64,000 bases of DNA from Clostridiales bacterium (GTDB taxonomy: Bacteria; Bacillota; Sulfobacillia; RBS10-35): NCBI GenBank assembly GCA_018729555.1, contig JAHHQG010000026.1, positions 259,329 through 323,328 of the forward strand. Direction: 5' to 3'. The notes below the pieces were generated by a model, which had not been told where the DNA came from, ran no database searches, and was given only the letters and a program-made list of their open reading frames with translations. The position numbers were made by a program, and so were the translations under genes. Every line of letters begins with the position of its first letter. Within the stretch, counting starts at the first letter, position 1. Shown here piece by piece: positions 28,869 to 37,614 of the stretch.

Positions 28869-30758
28869 ATGAGCAAACTACCCGTTCCTCCCCAGATCGC
28901 CGAGACCCTCCCCCACCTCCCCGACCGGCCGGGGGTTTACCTCTACCGCAACCGGGAAGGGGAGGTCCTCTACGTGGGGAAAGCCAGCTCCCTCCGGGAC
29001 CGGGTCCGGTCCTATTGGACGGGAGCTTCGTCTCTGGAACCCAGGAAACGGCGGCTTTTGGAAGAGGCGGCTTCGGTGGAGACCATCGTGACGGAGGATG
29101 CCCTGGAAGCCCTCATCCTGGAGGCCACACTCATCAAACTCCACCGGCCCCGCTACAACGTTCGCCTCCGGGACGACAAGCAGTACCCCTGGCTCAGGAT
29201 CGACCTCCGGGAGGAGTGGCCCCGGTTGGAGCTGGTGCGCCGCCGCCGGGAGGACGGGGCCCGCTACTTCGGCCCCTACGCCGATGCCGGCGCCCTCAAG
29301 GCGGTTCTCCCCACCATCCGGAGGGCCTTCCCCTACCGGAGCTGCAGCGATCGCCGCCTGCGGCAGGGGCCGCCCCCTTGCCTCTACTACCACATCGGGC
29401 GGTGCAGCGCCCCCTGCGCCGGGTACATCACCCGCGAGGACTACCACCGGATGGTCAAAGGGCTGGTGCAGTTCCTCTCTGGCCAAGATGACGCCCTCCT
29501 CAAGGACCTCAAGCGGGAGATGGAAGCCAAGGCGGCGGAGCTGAAGTTTGAAGAAGCGGCCCGCCTCAGAGATCGCATCCGCAACTTGGAGCGGATCCGG
29601 GCGGAGCAGCGGGCCGTTCTGCGGAGCACCGCCCACCGGGATGCGGTGGCGGTGGCGGTGGAAGACGATCTGGCGGCCGCCTGCGTCTTCTTCGTCCGGC
29701 AGGGGGAGGTGGAGGGGCAGGAGACCTTCATCCTCTCCGTCGGGGCCGAAAGCGAGGAGAAGTCCATCCTCCGCGCCTTCCTCCAGCAGTACTACGGTGA
29801 AGGATCGCCGGTCCCGAAGGAGATCCTCCTCCCCGTGGACCTGGAGGACCGGGCGGATCTGGAAGCCTTTTTGAGCCGGTTGCGGGGATCGAAGGTGCAC
29901 CTTCGCCACCCCCGGCGGGGGGAAGCCCGCCGCCTGGTGGAGCTGGTCCTGGAAAACGCGAGGGTGCGCCTGGCCCAGGAGAAATGGCGCCGGGACCGCT
30001 CCCGGGAAAAGGCGGAGGAGGCGGTGGCTCAGCTGAAGGAGGTGTTGAACCTTCCCGCCCCTCCCCGGCGGATCGAGGGCTTCGACATCTCCCACACCCG
30101 GGGTGGCCAGGCGGTGGGGGCCATGACCGTCTGGCAAGATGGGGCCTTGGCCCCTTCCCAGTACCGGAAGTTTCGCATCCAGGGGCCCATCACCCCGGGC
30201 GATGATCCCGCCGCCATGAAGGAAGTCCTCCACCGGCGGCTGCGCCGGACCCTGGACGCTCAGGCGGGCCTTCTTCCGCCGGGGGAAGCCGAAGGCTGGT
30301 CCCGCCTTCCCGACCTCATCCTCCTGGATGGGGGAGAAGGCCAGCTGTCGGCGGGGCTGGAGGTCCTCCGGGCCTTGAACCTCGCCATCCCCATCGTGGC
30401 CCTTTCGGAAGAGCGGGAGGCGCTCCATCTGCCCGGACGGGAACCCCTCCTCCTCCCGCGGGAAGCCCCCGGCCTCCACCTCCTCCAGCATCTGCGGGAC
30501 GAAGCCCACCGCTTCGGCCTGGGTTATCACCAGAAGCTCCGCTCCCGAAGGGCCTTCCACTCCCTCCTGGATGAGATCCCCGGCATCGGCCCCAAGCGCA
30601 AGCGCGCCCTCATCCAGCACTTCGGGTCCGTGCGGGCCCTGGTGGAGGCGGGGCCCGAAGCCATCGAGGCCCTCCCGGGCTTTCCCCGCTCCCTGGCGGA
30701 GCGGGTCTACCGCTACCTGGCGGAAGAAGTCCGTGAGGAAATCTCACAGGATTCCTGA
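28869..30758 (+). CDS. uvrC: excinuclease ABC subunit C
   Basis: Contains the GIY-YIG N-terminus (GVYLYRNREGEVLYVGKA), a UVR domain (LKFEEAARLRDRI), an endonuclease V-like domain and a C-terminal (HhH)2. Confidence 0.95.
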   Translation: MSKLPVPPQIAETLPHLPDRPGVYLYRNREGEVLYVGKASSLRDRVRSYWTGASSLEPRKRRLLEEAASVETIVTEDALEALILEATLIKLHRPRYNVRLRDDKQYPWLRIDLREEWPRLELVRRRREDGARYFGPYADAGALKAVLPTIRRAFPYRSCSDRRLRQGPPPCLYYHIGRCSAPCAGYITREDYHRMVKGLVQFLSGQDDALLKDLKREMEAKAAELKFEEAARLRDRIRNLERIRAEQRAVLRSTAHRDAVAVAVEDDLAAACVFFVRQGEVEGQETFILSVGAESEEKSILRAFLQQYYGEGSPVPKEILLPVDLEDRADLEAFLSRLRGSKVHLRHPRRGEARRLVELVLENARVRLAQEKWRRDRSREKAEEAVAQLKEVLNLPAPPRRIEGFDISHTRGGQAVGAMTVWQDGALAPSQYRKFRIQGPITPGDDPAAMKEVLHRRLRRTLDAQAGLLPPGEAEGWSRLPDLILLDGGEGQLSAGLEVLRALNLAIPIVALSEEREALHLPGREPLLLPREAPGLHLLQHLRDEAHRFGLGYHQKLRSRRAFHSLLDEIPGIGPKRKRALIQHFGSVRALVEAGPEAIEALPGFPRSLAERVYRYLAEEVREEISQDS

Positions 30759-30777
30759 AAGATTTTGATGTCCTATA

Positions 30778-30805
30778 TTGACATCTTTAACCCCCGGGTT
30801 AAACT
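30778..30805 (+). promoter_or_regulatory. candidate sigma-A promoter with embedded palindromic operator
   Basis: TTGACA (30778-30783), a 16-nt spacer, then TAAACT (30800-30805). The spacer and -10 contain a perfect inverted repeat TTTAACCC-CC-GGGTTAAA (30786-30803). It lies 16 nt upstream of the DUF2089 gene. Confidence 0.45.
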
Positions 30806-30820
30806 GGTGCCGAGGGGAAG

Positions 30821-31228
30821 GTGGAGACCATGTCCTACAGGCCCTTGGGCCGCTGCCCCGTGTGCCAGCACGCCATGGAAGTGCGGGAGCTCCACTGCCC
30901 CCATTGCGGCACCACCATCCGGGGGCGCTTTTTGCTGGGGCGCTTTGCCCACCTGACGCCGGAGCAGTGGGACTTCCTGGAGGTCTTCGTCCGCAACCGG
31001 GGGAACATCCGGGAGATGGAGAAGGACCTGGGCCTATCTTATCCCGCCGTCCGCTCCCGCCTGGATCAGCTTCTCCTGGCTCTGGGCTATCCTCCCGACC
31101 CGAAGGATCGGAGCGAGGGGCCGGAGGCTCAGGATCGGCTGGCCATCCTGGAAAAGGTGGAAAAGGGTGAGCTGACGCCGGCGGAAGCGGCTCGCCTCTT
31201 GAGGGGGGAGCGGTCCCATGATGGATGA
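30821..31228 (+). CDS. DUF2089-like zinc-ribbon/HTH protein
   Basis: CPVCQHAMEVRELHCPHCGTTIRG (zinc ribbon), then LTPEQWDFLEVFVRNRGNIREMEKDLGLSYPAVRSRLDQL (HTH-like). Confidence 0.8.
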   Translation: METMSYRPLGRCPVCQHAMEVRELHCPHCGTTIRGRFLLGRFAHLTPEQWDFLEVFVRNRGNIREMEKDLGLSYPAVRSRLDQLLLALGYPPDPKDRSEGPEAQDRLAILEKVEKGELTPAEAARLLRGERSHDG

Positions 31229-32036
31229 GAAGCGAAAGATCCTGGAACTGCTGGAAAAGGGGCTCATCACCACCGATGAAGCCCTGGAGCTCCTGGCGGC
31301 CCTGGAAGGGGCCCACGAAACCTTCGGGAAGGGCGAACCGGGAGGGGTGGAACCCCAGATTCCGGTGGAGGAGGAAGGGGACGGATCCCTCTTTCGCCTC
31401 GATGTCAACGTGACGGCCAGCGACCTCACCTTTGCCCTGGGGGATGGGGAAAAGGTCCAGGTGGCTATAGACGGAAAGGGCGCCGAGCGCTTCGAGGTGG
31501 ACGAAGGGCCCGGGTACCTTCGCCTTTACGAACGGAGGGAAACGGCGTGGCCTTGGCTATTCTCGCCGTCCTTTTCGGGCTCTCCCCGGGTGGCCATCAC
31601 CCTTCCCCGGGGGCTCCGCTTCCGGGGCCAGGTCCGGACCGTCTCGGGGGATATCCAGGGAGAGCTGCCCCTTGGAAAGGATCTCCTCCTCCGGACGGTC
31701 TCGGGCGATGTGGACCTCACCGGGTCTCTGGCGGCGCTGGAGGTGCATTCCGTGAGCGGCGACCTCCGCTGGCGGGTGAAGCGCCTCTTTTCCGGGGATA
31801 TGAGCCTCGCCTTCCACACCGTCAGCGGCGATGTGCGCCTCTTCCTCCCGCCGGGCGCCTACGGCATCCGGGGGCAGGGGAGCGCCGTCTCCGGCGGTGT
31901 GGAGCTGGAGCTCCCCGGGGTGGAGACGGCGAAGCACGGGGTCACCTACCGGTTGAAGAGGTCGGGAGAGCCCCTTGTGGACCTGAAGTTCCGGACGGTC
32001 TCCGGCGATGTGGCCATCCGGGAGGGGGTGGTGTAG
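31218..32036 (+). CDS. SHOCT-like N-terminal domain plus DUF4097 beta-repeat protein
   Basis: N-terminus KILELLEKGLITTDEALELLAALEG. The motif (T/S)VSGD(I/V) recurs at least 6 times (VSGDIQG, VSGDVDL, VSGDLRW, VSGDVRL, VSGGVEL, VSGDVAI). Confidence 0.8.
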   Translation: MMDEKRKILELLEKGLITTDEALELLAALEGAHETFGKGEPGGVEPQIPVEEEGDGSLFRLDVNVTASDLTFALGDGEKVQVAIDGKGAERFEVDEGPGYLRLYERRETAWPWLFSPSFSGSPRVAITLPRGLRFRGQVRTVSGDIQGELPLGKDLLLRTVSGDVDLTGSLAALEVHSVSGDLRWRVKRLFSGDMSLAFHTVSGDVRLFLPPGAYGIRGQGSAVSGGVELELPGVETAKHGVTYRLKRSGEPLVDLKFRTVSGDVAIREGVV

Positions 32037-32405
32037 GTGAAGGCGGGCGAAGAGCGGATGAGGATCCTCAAGATGCTGGAAGAGAAGAAGATCACGGCGG
32101 AGGAAGCGGCGGAACTCCTGGCATCCCTGGAAGCCGGCCAAGAGGGAGAGGGAGCGGCTCCTAAGGCCAAACCCCGCTGGCTGCGCATCCGGGTGCGGAG
32201 CCAGGACGGGGATCGGGTGGAGCTCAACCTCCCCCTCAGCATGGTGAGGGCGGCCAAGCATTTCGTCTCGGAATTGAAGGTCCAGGGGATGACCATCCCC
32301 GTGGAAGAGCTGGAGGCCCTTATCGATCAAGCCCTGGAGACGGAGACCCGGATCATAGAGGTCGACTCCGCCGACGGCGACCACGTGGAAGTTTACGTGG
32401 ATTAG
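32037..32405 (+). CDS. SHOCT-like domain protein
   Basis: Contains RILKMLEEKKITAEEAAELLASLE, then RWLRIRVRSQDGDRVELNLPLSMV. It starts immediately after the previous stop. Confidence 0.7.
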   Translation: MKAGEERMRILKMLEEKKITAEEAAELLASLEAGQEGEGAAPKAKPRWLRIRVRSQDGDRVELNLPLSMVRAAKHFVSELKVQGMTIPVEELEALIDQALETETRIIEVDSADGDHVEVYVD

Positions 32406-32602
32406 GGTTCCTCCCGGCGGGTGTCGTCCCCCTCGGGATCCTCGGGGCGGAACCGGTCGGGGAGGCTGGTCCTCTTCTGGTGCTGGGTGGTGGCCCACCA
32501 CCAGATGATACCTCCCATGGCCGCCAAGGCTGCCACCCACCACCAGAAGAGGGCGTGGGCGCTGGTGATCCCCTGGGCCAAGAACGACGTCAAGGCCATC
32601 AC
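32402..32602 (-). CDS. possible small Trp-rich membrane protein
   Basis: 66-aa ORF with one or two hydrophobic helices (ALFWWWVAALAAMGGIIWWWATT) and a charged tail. GAGG lies immediately upstream of GTG/ATG. Weak evidence. Confidence 0.3.
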   Translation of the reverse strand: MMALTSFLAQGITSAHALFWWWVAALAAMGGIIWWWATTQHQKRTSLPDRFRPEDPEGDDTRREEP

Positions 32603-32658
32603 CTCAAAAGGAGTTTCCCTTGACGCCGGGAACCTTATGCGAAGGAGCGAAGGACATC

Positions 32659-32994
32659 ATGCTTTTGCGCTGGCTTTTGACCACCGTGGCCATCCTCATC
32701 GTGGGCTATGCCTTTCCCGGCCTCCTTCGGGTGGAAAACCTCTGGACGGCCGTCATCGGGGCTCTCTTTCTGGGCCTCGCCAATGCCCTCATCCGGCCCA
32801 TCCTCCTGATCCTCACCCTGCCCATCAATATCCTCACCCTGGGGCTCTTCACCCTCATCATCAACGGGTTGGTCCTCTGGGCGGTGGTGGCCATCACCCC
32901 GGGGATGGCCGTCTCGGGGTTCTGGGGCGCCGTCCTGGCGGCCCTCGTCATCAGCCTCATCGGGGGCTTTCTCAACTGGATGGTGGCATCCTGA
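32659..32994 (+). CDS. phage holin family 4 / DUF360 (YvlD-like) membrane protein
   Basis: MLLRWLLTTVAILIVGYAFPG...ALIRPILLILTLPINILTLGLFTLIINGLVLW is typical of this family. The ORF opens at TTG 32620; ATG 32659 is preferred. Confidence 0.75.
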   Translation: MLLRWLLTTVAILIVGYAFPGLLRVENLWTAVIGALFLGLANALIRPILLILTLPINILTLGLFTLIINGLVLWAVVAITPGMAVSGFWGAVLAALVISLIGGFLNWMVAS

Positions 32995-33715
32995 GAAGCT
33001 CTTTGTCGATGGCCTGAAGGGCCTCCACCGCATCTTGGTGGAGGGCCCGGAAGGCCTGGGTGTCCAGGGGAGTGGGCTCCCGGTTGATGATGATGAGCTT
33101 TCCCGCCTGAGCCGCCAGGCGGGGAAGGGATGCCGCAGGATAGACTTCCAGCGAGGATCCCACCACCAGCATGAGATCCGCCTGCAGGGTGAGGGTCAGG
33201 GCTTCGTCCCAGACATCCCGGGGAAGCTCTTCGCCGAAGAGGACTACGTTGGGGCGGAGCCGTCCGCCGCAGGCGGGGCAGGGGCCCTTTTCGAGGGCCT
33301 CCGGCGGGTAGCGGCGGCCGCAGCGGTGGCAGCGCACGCTCCCCAGGTCGCCGTGAAGGGGGAGGACCCGCCGGGATCCTGCCCGCTGGTGAAGCCCGTC
33401 GACGTTCTGGGTGATGACCCCCTGCAAAAGGCCTTCCCCTTCCCACCGGGCGAGGATCCGGTGAACCGGATTGGGCTCTACCTTTTTCAGGTTCTCCAGG
33501 CGCCAGAGGTAGAAGGCCCGCATCTCTTCGTAGCGCTCTTCCAAGGCATGCTCTAAGGTTTCCCGGCTCGCCAGGGCCTCGGGGAACTGGCGCCAGAGGC
33601 CCCGGGAGGAGCGAAAGTCGGGAAGCCCCGAAGCGGTGCTGGCCCCGGCGCCGGTGAAGGCCACGGCCCGCCGCGCGTTCCGGAGGGCCTGGGCCACCTC
33701 GCGGTAGACCGTCAT
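32972..33715 (-). CDS. cobB: NAD-dependent protein deacylase (Sir2/CobB family)
   Basis: Contains FTGAGASTASGLPDFRS, QNVDGLH and the zinc ribbon CHRCGRRY...CPACGG. Confidence 0.9.
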   Translation of the reverse strand: MTVYREVAQALRNARRAVAFTGAGASTASGLPDFRSSRGLWRQFPEALASRETLEHALEERYEEMRAFYLWRLENLKKVEPNPVHRILARWEGEGLLQGVITQNVDGLHQRAGSRRVLPLHGDLGSVRCHRCGRRYPPEALEKGPCPACGGRLRPNVVLFGEELPRDVWDEALTLTLQADLMLVVGSSLEVYPAASLPRLAAQAGKLIIINREPTPLDTQAFRALHQDAVEALQAIDKELLRMPPSS

Positions 33716-34461
33716 GGCGTTCCCTCCCTCTCCCGAAGTCTTAAGTGGATGCCTCCCGGGGCGGGAAGAAAGGTCCCCGCCCGGTATCCTTGGCGGTGAA
33801 GGTCTTCTAGAAGGGCCAGAGGCTCCTCCTCGGACGAGAGGAGGAGAAGGCCGCTGTCGTCCAAAAGGACGGCCCGGGCTCCTTCGATCTCCAGAGGCCC
33901 TCCCAAAAGTTCCATCCAGGCCCGCCAGTGGTGGGGGAGGCTGGCGGTTTCCCCATCCCAGGCGGGAACGGGAAGGCGATTTCCCTGGTAGGCCAGGAGG
34001 ACCAGGCGCCTACGGGCCCATCCCGGCGGCGGAAGGTCCGGCCGCCAGGCCCATACCAAGCGGTGGATCCAGGGAATCATCCGCTGGGTTTCGGACTCCT
34101 CCAAAGGGCGACCTTCCAAAGGAAGAGGGCCCGCCGAAGAAGGGGCGCCTACCAGGCGGCAAAAGCCCCAAAGGGCCGCCAACCCATCGGCCAGGGGGAT
34201 GGGGGCCCGGCGGCGGCGAGCTTCCCGGCGGGCGCCCAGAAGGGCGATCTCCGCCGGCCCCCGGGGATCCCCTAGAGCCCCTCGGCGAGCTTCCCGGCGG
34301 AGGGCCGCCAAGAGGTGCACCCGGGGACCCCAACCGGCTCCGTAGACGGCCGGAGGGTAGGCTCCCGGGGGAAGGCTATCCCACCAGCCGGGGGAAAAGG
34401 GGATGGGGTAGGGGATGGCGATCTCCCAGGTCCAGCGCCCCATACCCCCATCATGGCACAA
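33712..34461 (-). CDS. hypothetical protein (Trp/Pro/Arg-rich), translationally coupled to the Sir2 gene
   Basis: 249-aa ORF whose stop overlaps the Sir2 ATG (ATGA). The C-terminal part has a protein-like hydrophobic pattern (VLLAYQGNRLPVPAWDG, AVLLDDSGLLLLSSEEEPLALLEDL). No recognisable family. An alternative ATG at 34443 is possible. Confidence 0.5.
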   Translation of the reverse strand: MCHDGGMGRWTWEIAIPYPIPFSPGWWDSLPPGAYPPAVYGAGWGPRVHLLAALRREARRGALGDPRGPAEIALLGARREARRRRAPIPLADGLAALWGFCRLVGAPSSAGPLPLEGRPLEESETQRMIPWIHRLVWAWRPDLPPPGWARRRLVLLAYQGNRLPVPAWDGETASLPHHWRAWMELLGGPLEIEGARAVLLDDSGLLLLSSEEEPLALLEDLHRQGYRAGTFLPAPGGIHLRLREREGTP

Positions 34462-34490
34462 TAGACGGGAAGGGGAAGAAGGGGAAACCC

Positions 34491-35378
34491 ATGGACGACA
34501 AACGACCCCTGGTCCTCATCACGGGGCTTTCGGGCGCCGGCAAGACCACCGCCATCCGGGCCTTTGAAGACCTGGAGTATTTCTGCGTGGACAACCTCCC
34601 GCCCCGGCTTCTCCCCGGGCTGGTGGAGCTCATTGAAGAAGCCCACCTCCCCGTGGCGGGGGTGGCCGCCGTCATCGACGCCCGGGGAAGGGCCCTCTTC
34701 GATGAGGTTCTCCCGGCCCTCTCCCGGCTGGAGGCCCGCCACCAGCCCTACGAGATCCTCTTCCTCGAAGCCGCCGATCAGGTGCTGGTGCAGCGGTTCC
34801 AGGAAGCCCGCCGGCCCCATCCCCTCTTTCCCGGTCGGCGCCTCTTGGAAGCCATCCAGGAAGAGCGGCGGCGTCTGGAACCCTTGAAAGGCCGGGCTCG
34901 CCTCATCCTGGACACCTCCGAGATGAAACCTCGGGGCCTGATGCAGGAGATCCACCGCCTCTACGGGGGCCAAGAGGGCGAAAAGCTGCGCCTCATCCTC
35001 ATATCTTTCGGCTTCAAACGGGGCATTCCCCCTGATGCCGACATGGTCTTGGACGCCCGCTTTTTGCCCAACCCCTACTACGTCGAAGAGCTGCGGGATC
35101 TTCCCGGCACCGACGGCCGGGTGGAAGAGTACGTCTGGAGCTGGCCGGAGACGCGTAAGTTCTTCGGGAAGGTCAAGGACCTGGTGCAGTTCCTTCTGCC
35201 CCTCATGAGAAGCGAAGGAAGGTCCCAGCTGGTGGTGGCCGTAGGGTGCACGGGCGGATTTCACCGCTCGGTGGTCCTGGTGGAGCGGCTGGCCCGGGAG
35301 CTCAGGGGACCGGGGGTTGAGGTGCGGGTGGCCCACCGAGATTGTGGAGACCGGGCACCCGATGGAGGTCAGCCGTGA
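34491..35378 (+). CDS. rapZ: RNase adapter / nucleotide-binding protein RapZ (YvcJ)
   Basis: Starts MDDKRPLVLITGLSGAGKTTAIRAFEDLEYFCVDNLPP and contains the C-terminal CTGGFHRSV. ATG 34491 lies within a much longer spurious ORF that opens at 33714. Confidence 0.93.
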   Translation: MDDKRPLVLITGLSGAGKTTAIRAFEDLEYFCVDNLPPRLLPGLVELIEEAHLPVAGVAAVIDARGRALFDEVLPALSRLEARHQPYEILFLEAADQVLVQRFQEARRPHPLFPGRRLLEAIQEERRRLEPLKGRARLILDTSEMKPRGLMQEIHRLYGGQEGEKLRLILISFGFKRGIPPDADMVLDARFLPNPYYVEELRDLPGTDGRVEEYVWSWPETRKFFGKVKDLVQFLLPLMRSEGRSQLVVAVGCTGGFHRSVVLVERLARELRGPGVEVRVAHRDCGDRAPDGGQP

Positions 35379-36697
35379 AGGATTGGTTCCTCTGGCTCTA
35401 TCCCGGGCTGAAGGTCAAGCGCTATGCCTTTTTGATGGTCCTGGGACTTTTCGCCCTGGCCCTTAGCTTTTACCTGGCGGCAGGCCCCTACTGGATCCAT
35501 CTCTCCGCCCTCTGGGCGAAGGGCCATCTCCGCTGGCCCCTTGCCCTGGCCCTGGCCCTTCTGGGGGCCCTCTTGACCCTTTACGGCGGGCGCCAGCTGG
35601 TCCGCTCCATCCTCCGGGGGATCCTTCCTGGTATGGAAAACCACCTGGGGGAACGGGTCTGGGCGCGGAGGTACCTCAGCCGCGGTCCTCGGGCTGTGGC
35701 CTTAGGCGGCGGCACAGGGTTGTCCACCCTCCTCCGGGGCCTGAAGCATTACACCCACAACCTCACGGCCATCGTCAGCGTCACCGACGACGGCGGAAGT
35801 TCGGGGCGCCTCCGGCAGGAGATGGGCATCCAGCCGCCGGGAGATGTGCGCAACGTCCTGGTGGCCCTGGCGGCCTCCGACTCGGAGGTGATGGGAAAGG
35901 TCCTGCAGCACCGGTTTCAGAAGGGAGAGCTGGCGGGCCACAGCCTGGGGAACCTCTTCCTGGGGGCCCTGGTGGAGATCACGGGGAGCCTGGAGGAAGC
36001 CATCCGCGTCTCCTCCCAGATCCTGGCGGTGGACGGCACGGTCCTTCCTTCCAGCCGGGTCGATGTGGTCCTGGTGGCGGAATTCCCCGACGGCCAGGAG
36101 GTCAGGGGGGAAGTGGCCATCGTAAAGGCGGTGAGGGAAAAGGGACCCTTCCGCCGCCTTTTCCTGGACCCGCCCCAGGCTCGCCCGCCCGAGGCGGCTC
36201 TCCAGGCCCTCGAGGAAGCCGATGTCATCATCCTGGGGCCCGGTTCCCTCTTCACCAGCGTGGTGCCCCACCTCCTCCTCCCGGAGGTCCGGGAGGCCAT
36301 CCGCCGCTCCAAGGCCCTCAAGGTCTACGTCCTCAACATCATGACCCAGCCGGGGGAAACCGACGGCATGACGGCGAAAGACCACGTGGTGGCCTTGGAA
36401 CGCTACCTCGGGGAAGGCGTCTTGGATGTGATCCTGGGAGCCTCAGGCCCCTTCGATCCGTCGCTCTTGAAGGTCTATGAGGCCGACGGCTCCCGGCCGG
36501 TGGTATGGGATCTTCCCGAGCGCTGGGGAAAGGCCCGCTGCCTCCAAGCCCCCCTGGTGGAAAACCGCCAGTGGATCCGCCACCATCCTGAAAAGCTGGC
36601 TCGAAAGATCATGGAAGTGCTTCTGGAGGAAGGCCTCCGCGAAAAGGGCCGCTGGGTGGAGCGCCTCATCCTCTCCGAGAGGCTGAGCCGGCGATGA
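35375..36697 (+). CDS. yvcK: YvcK/GlmR (CofD-like, UDP-sugar-binding gluconeogenesis factor) with N-terminal TM extension
   Basis: Contains ALGGGTGLSTLLRGLK, VTDDGGSSGRLR, HSLGNLF and GPGSLFTS. GTG 35375 forms a GTGA overlap with the rapZ stop. About 100 N-terminal residues form two hydrophobic helices. Confidence 0.9.
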   Translation: MKDWFLWLYPGLKVKRYAFLMVLGLFALALSFYLAAGPYWIHLSALWAKGHLRWPLALALALLGALLTLYGGRQLVRSILRGILPGMENHLGERVWARRYLSRGPRAVALGGGTGLSTLLRGLKHYTHNLTAIVSVTDDGGSSGRLRQEMGIQPPGDVRNVLVALAASDSEVMGKVLQHRFQKGELAGHSLGNLFLGALVEITGSLEEAIRVSSQILAVDGTVLPSSRVDVVLVAEFPDGQEVRGEVAIVKAVREKGPFRRLFLDPPQARPPEAALQALEEADVIILGPGSLFTSVVPHLLLPEVREAIRRSKALKVYVLNIMTQPGETDGMTAKDHVVALERYLGEGVLDVILGASGPFDPSLLKVYEADGSRPVVWDLPERWGKARCLQAPLVENRQWIRHHPEKLARKIMEVLLEEGLREKGRWVERLILSERLSRR

Positions 36698-37614
36698 GCT
36701 TTACCGACCAGGTGAAGGAAGAGATGGTCCGCTGGGCACCTCGGGGGCGCCAGGCGGCCGCCGCCTTTTTGCGGGGCTGGCTTAGAGCCCGGGGGACGGC
36801 GGTACGGCGGGGCGGAGAGGTGAGGGCCGTCCTCCCTTTGAAGGACTGGGTGGCCCTTCGCCTGGCCCGCCAGCTCCTCAAGGAGCTGAGCTGGCCCTAT
36901 ACCCTCTTTCGCCGCCGGGACCGCCGCAGCCCCTTCGTCCTCATGGCCTGGGGCCCCGAGTGGGAGGCCTGGTGGCAGGAATGGTGGCGGGCCTTGGAAG
37001 AAGGCCGCCCCTGGACGGACCTTCCGGCTCCCGCCGATCGCCGGCAGTTTGTGCGGGGCCTTTTCTTCGGAGCGGGAAGCCTCTCGGGTTTGGGGCGGGA
37101 GCCCCACTGGGAGCTTCACCTGGAGCGGGAGGATGTGGCCCGGGAAGCCGTGGCCGTCTTGAGGGAACTGGGGTTTTTGCCGGGATTTCATAGGAGACGG
37201 GGCGCCTTCGTGGTATATCTGAAAGGGACAGGGCCCATCGGGGACATGCTCCGCCTCCTGGAGACCCCCCTGGCCCTTTTGGCCTTTGAAGAGGAGCGGG
37301 CTCAGCGGGAGCTGCGGAGCCGGGTGAACCGGTTGGTGAACGCCGATACCGCCAACATGGGGCGGGCCCTGGAGGCAGGGCTCAAGGACAGGGAGGCCAT
37401 CCGGCGCCTGTTGGCCCAGGGCGGCTGGACGATGATCCCGGAAGCGTGGCGGCCCCTGGCGCGCCTTCGGCTCCTTCGGCCGGAAGCCACCCTGGAAGAG
37501 CTGGGGCGCCAGCTGGACCCTCCCCTGAGCCGGTCGGCGGTGAAGCGGCGGCTCTATGCCTTGCGGCAGCGGGCGGAGGAGCTGGAGGCAGGAGGAAGAG
37601 GAGGGGTGCCATGA
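36694..37614 (+). CDS. whiA: DNA-binding protein WhiA
   Basis: MSFTDQVKEEM start, LAGLIDADG-derived middle region and a C-terminal HTH (LEELGRQLDPPLSRSAVKRRL). ATGA overlap with yvcK. Confidence 0.92.
   Translation: MSFTDQVKEEMVRWAPRGRQAAAAFLRGWLRARGTAVRRGGEVRAVLPLKDWVALRLARQLLKELSWPYTLFRRRDRRSPFVLMAWGPEWEAWWQEWWRALEEGRPWTDLPAPADRRQFVRGLFFGAGSLSGLGREPHWELHLEREDVAREAVAVLRELGFLPGFHRRRGAFVVYLKGTGPIGDMLRLLETPLALLAFEEERAQRELRSRVNRLVNADTANMGRALEAGLKDREAIRRLLAQGGWTMIPEAWRPLARLRLLRPEATLEELGRQLDPPLSRSAVKRRLYALRQRAEELEAGGRGGVP

Noticed and set aside
32972-33715. The Sir2 gene as part of an anti-phage defence system (Thoeris, DSR or SIR2-HerA type).
   Set aside because: The protein is short and has the CobB-type zinc ribbon and NAD-binding motifs. 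No TIR, HerA, helicase or other defence partner is nearby, and the flanks are housekeeping genes. The unknown coupled ORF is kept as a separate low-interest finding.
33714-34490. A 259-codon N-terminal extension of the rapZ ORF.
   Set aside because: The extension is a Gly/Pro/Arg-rich antisense translation of the minus-strand ORF. RapZ homologues begin close to the P-loop, which matches ATG 34491.
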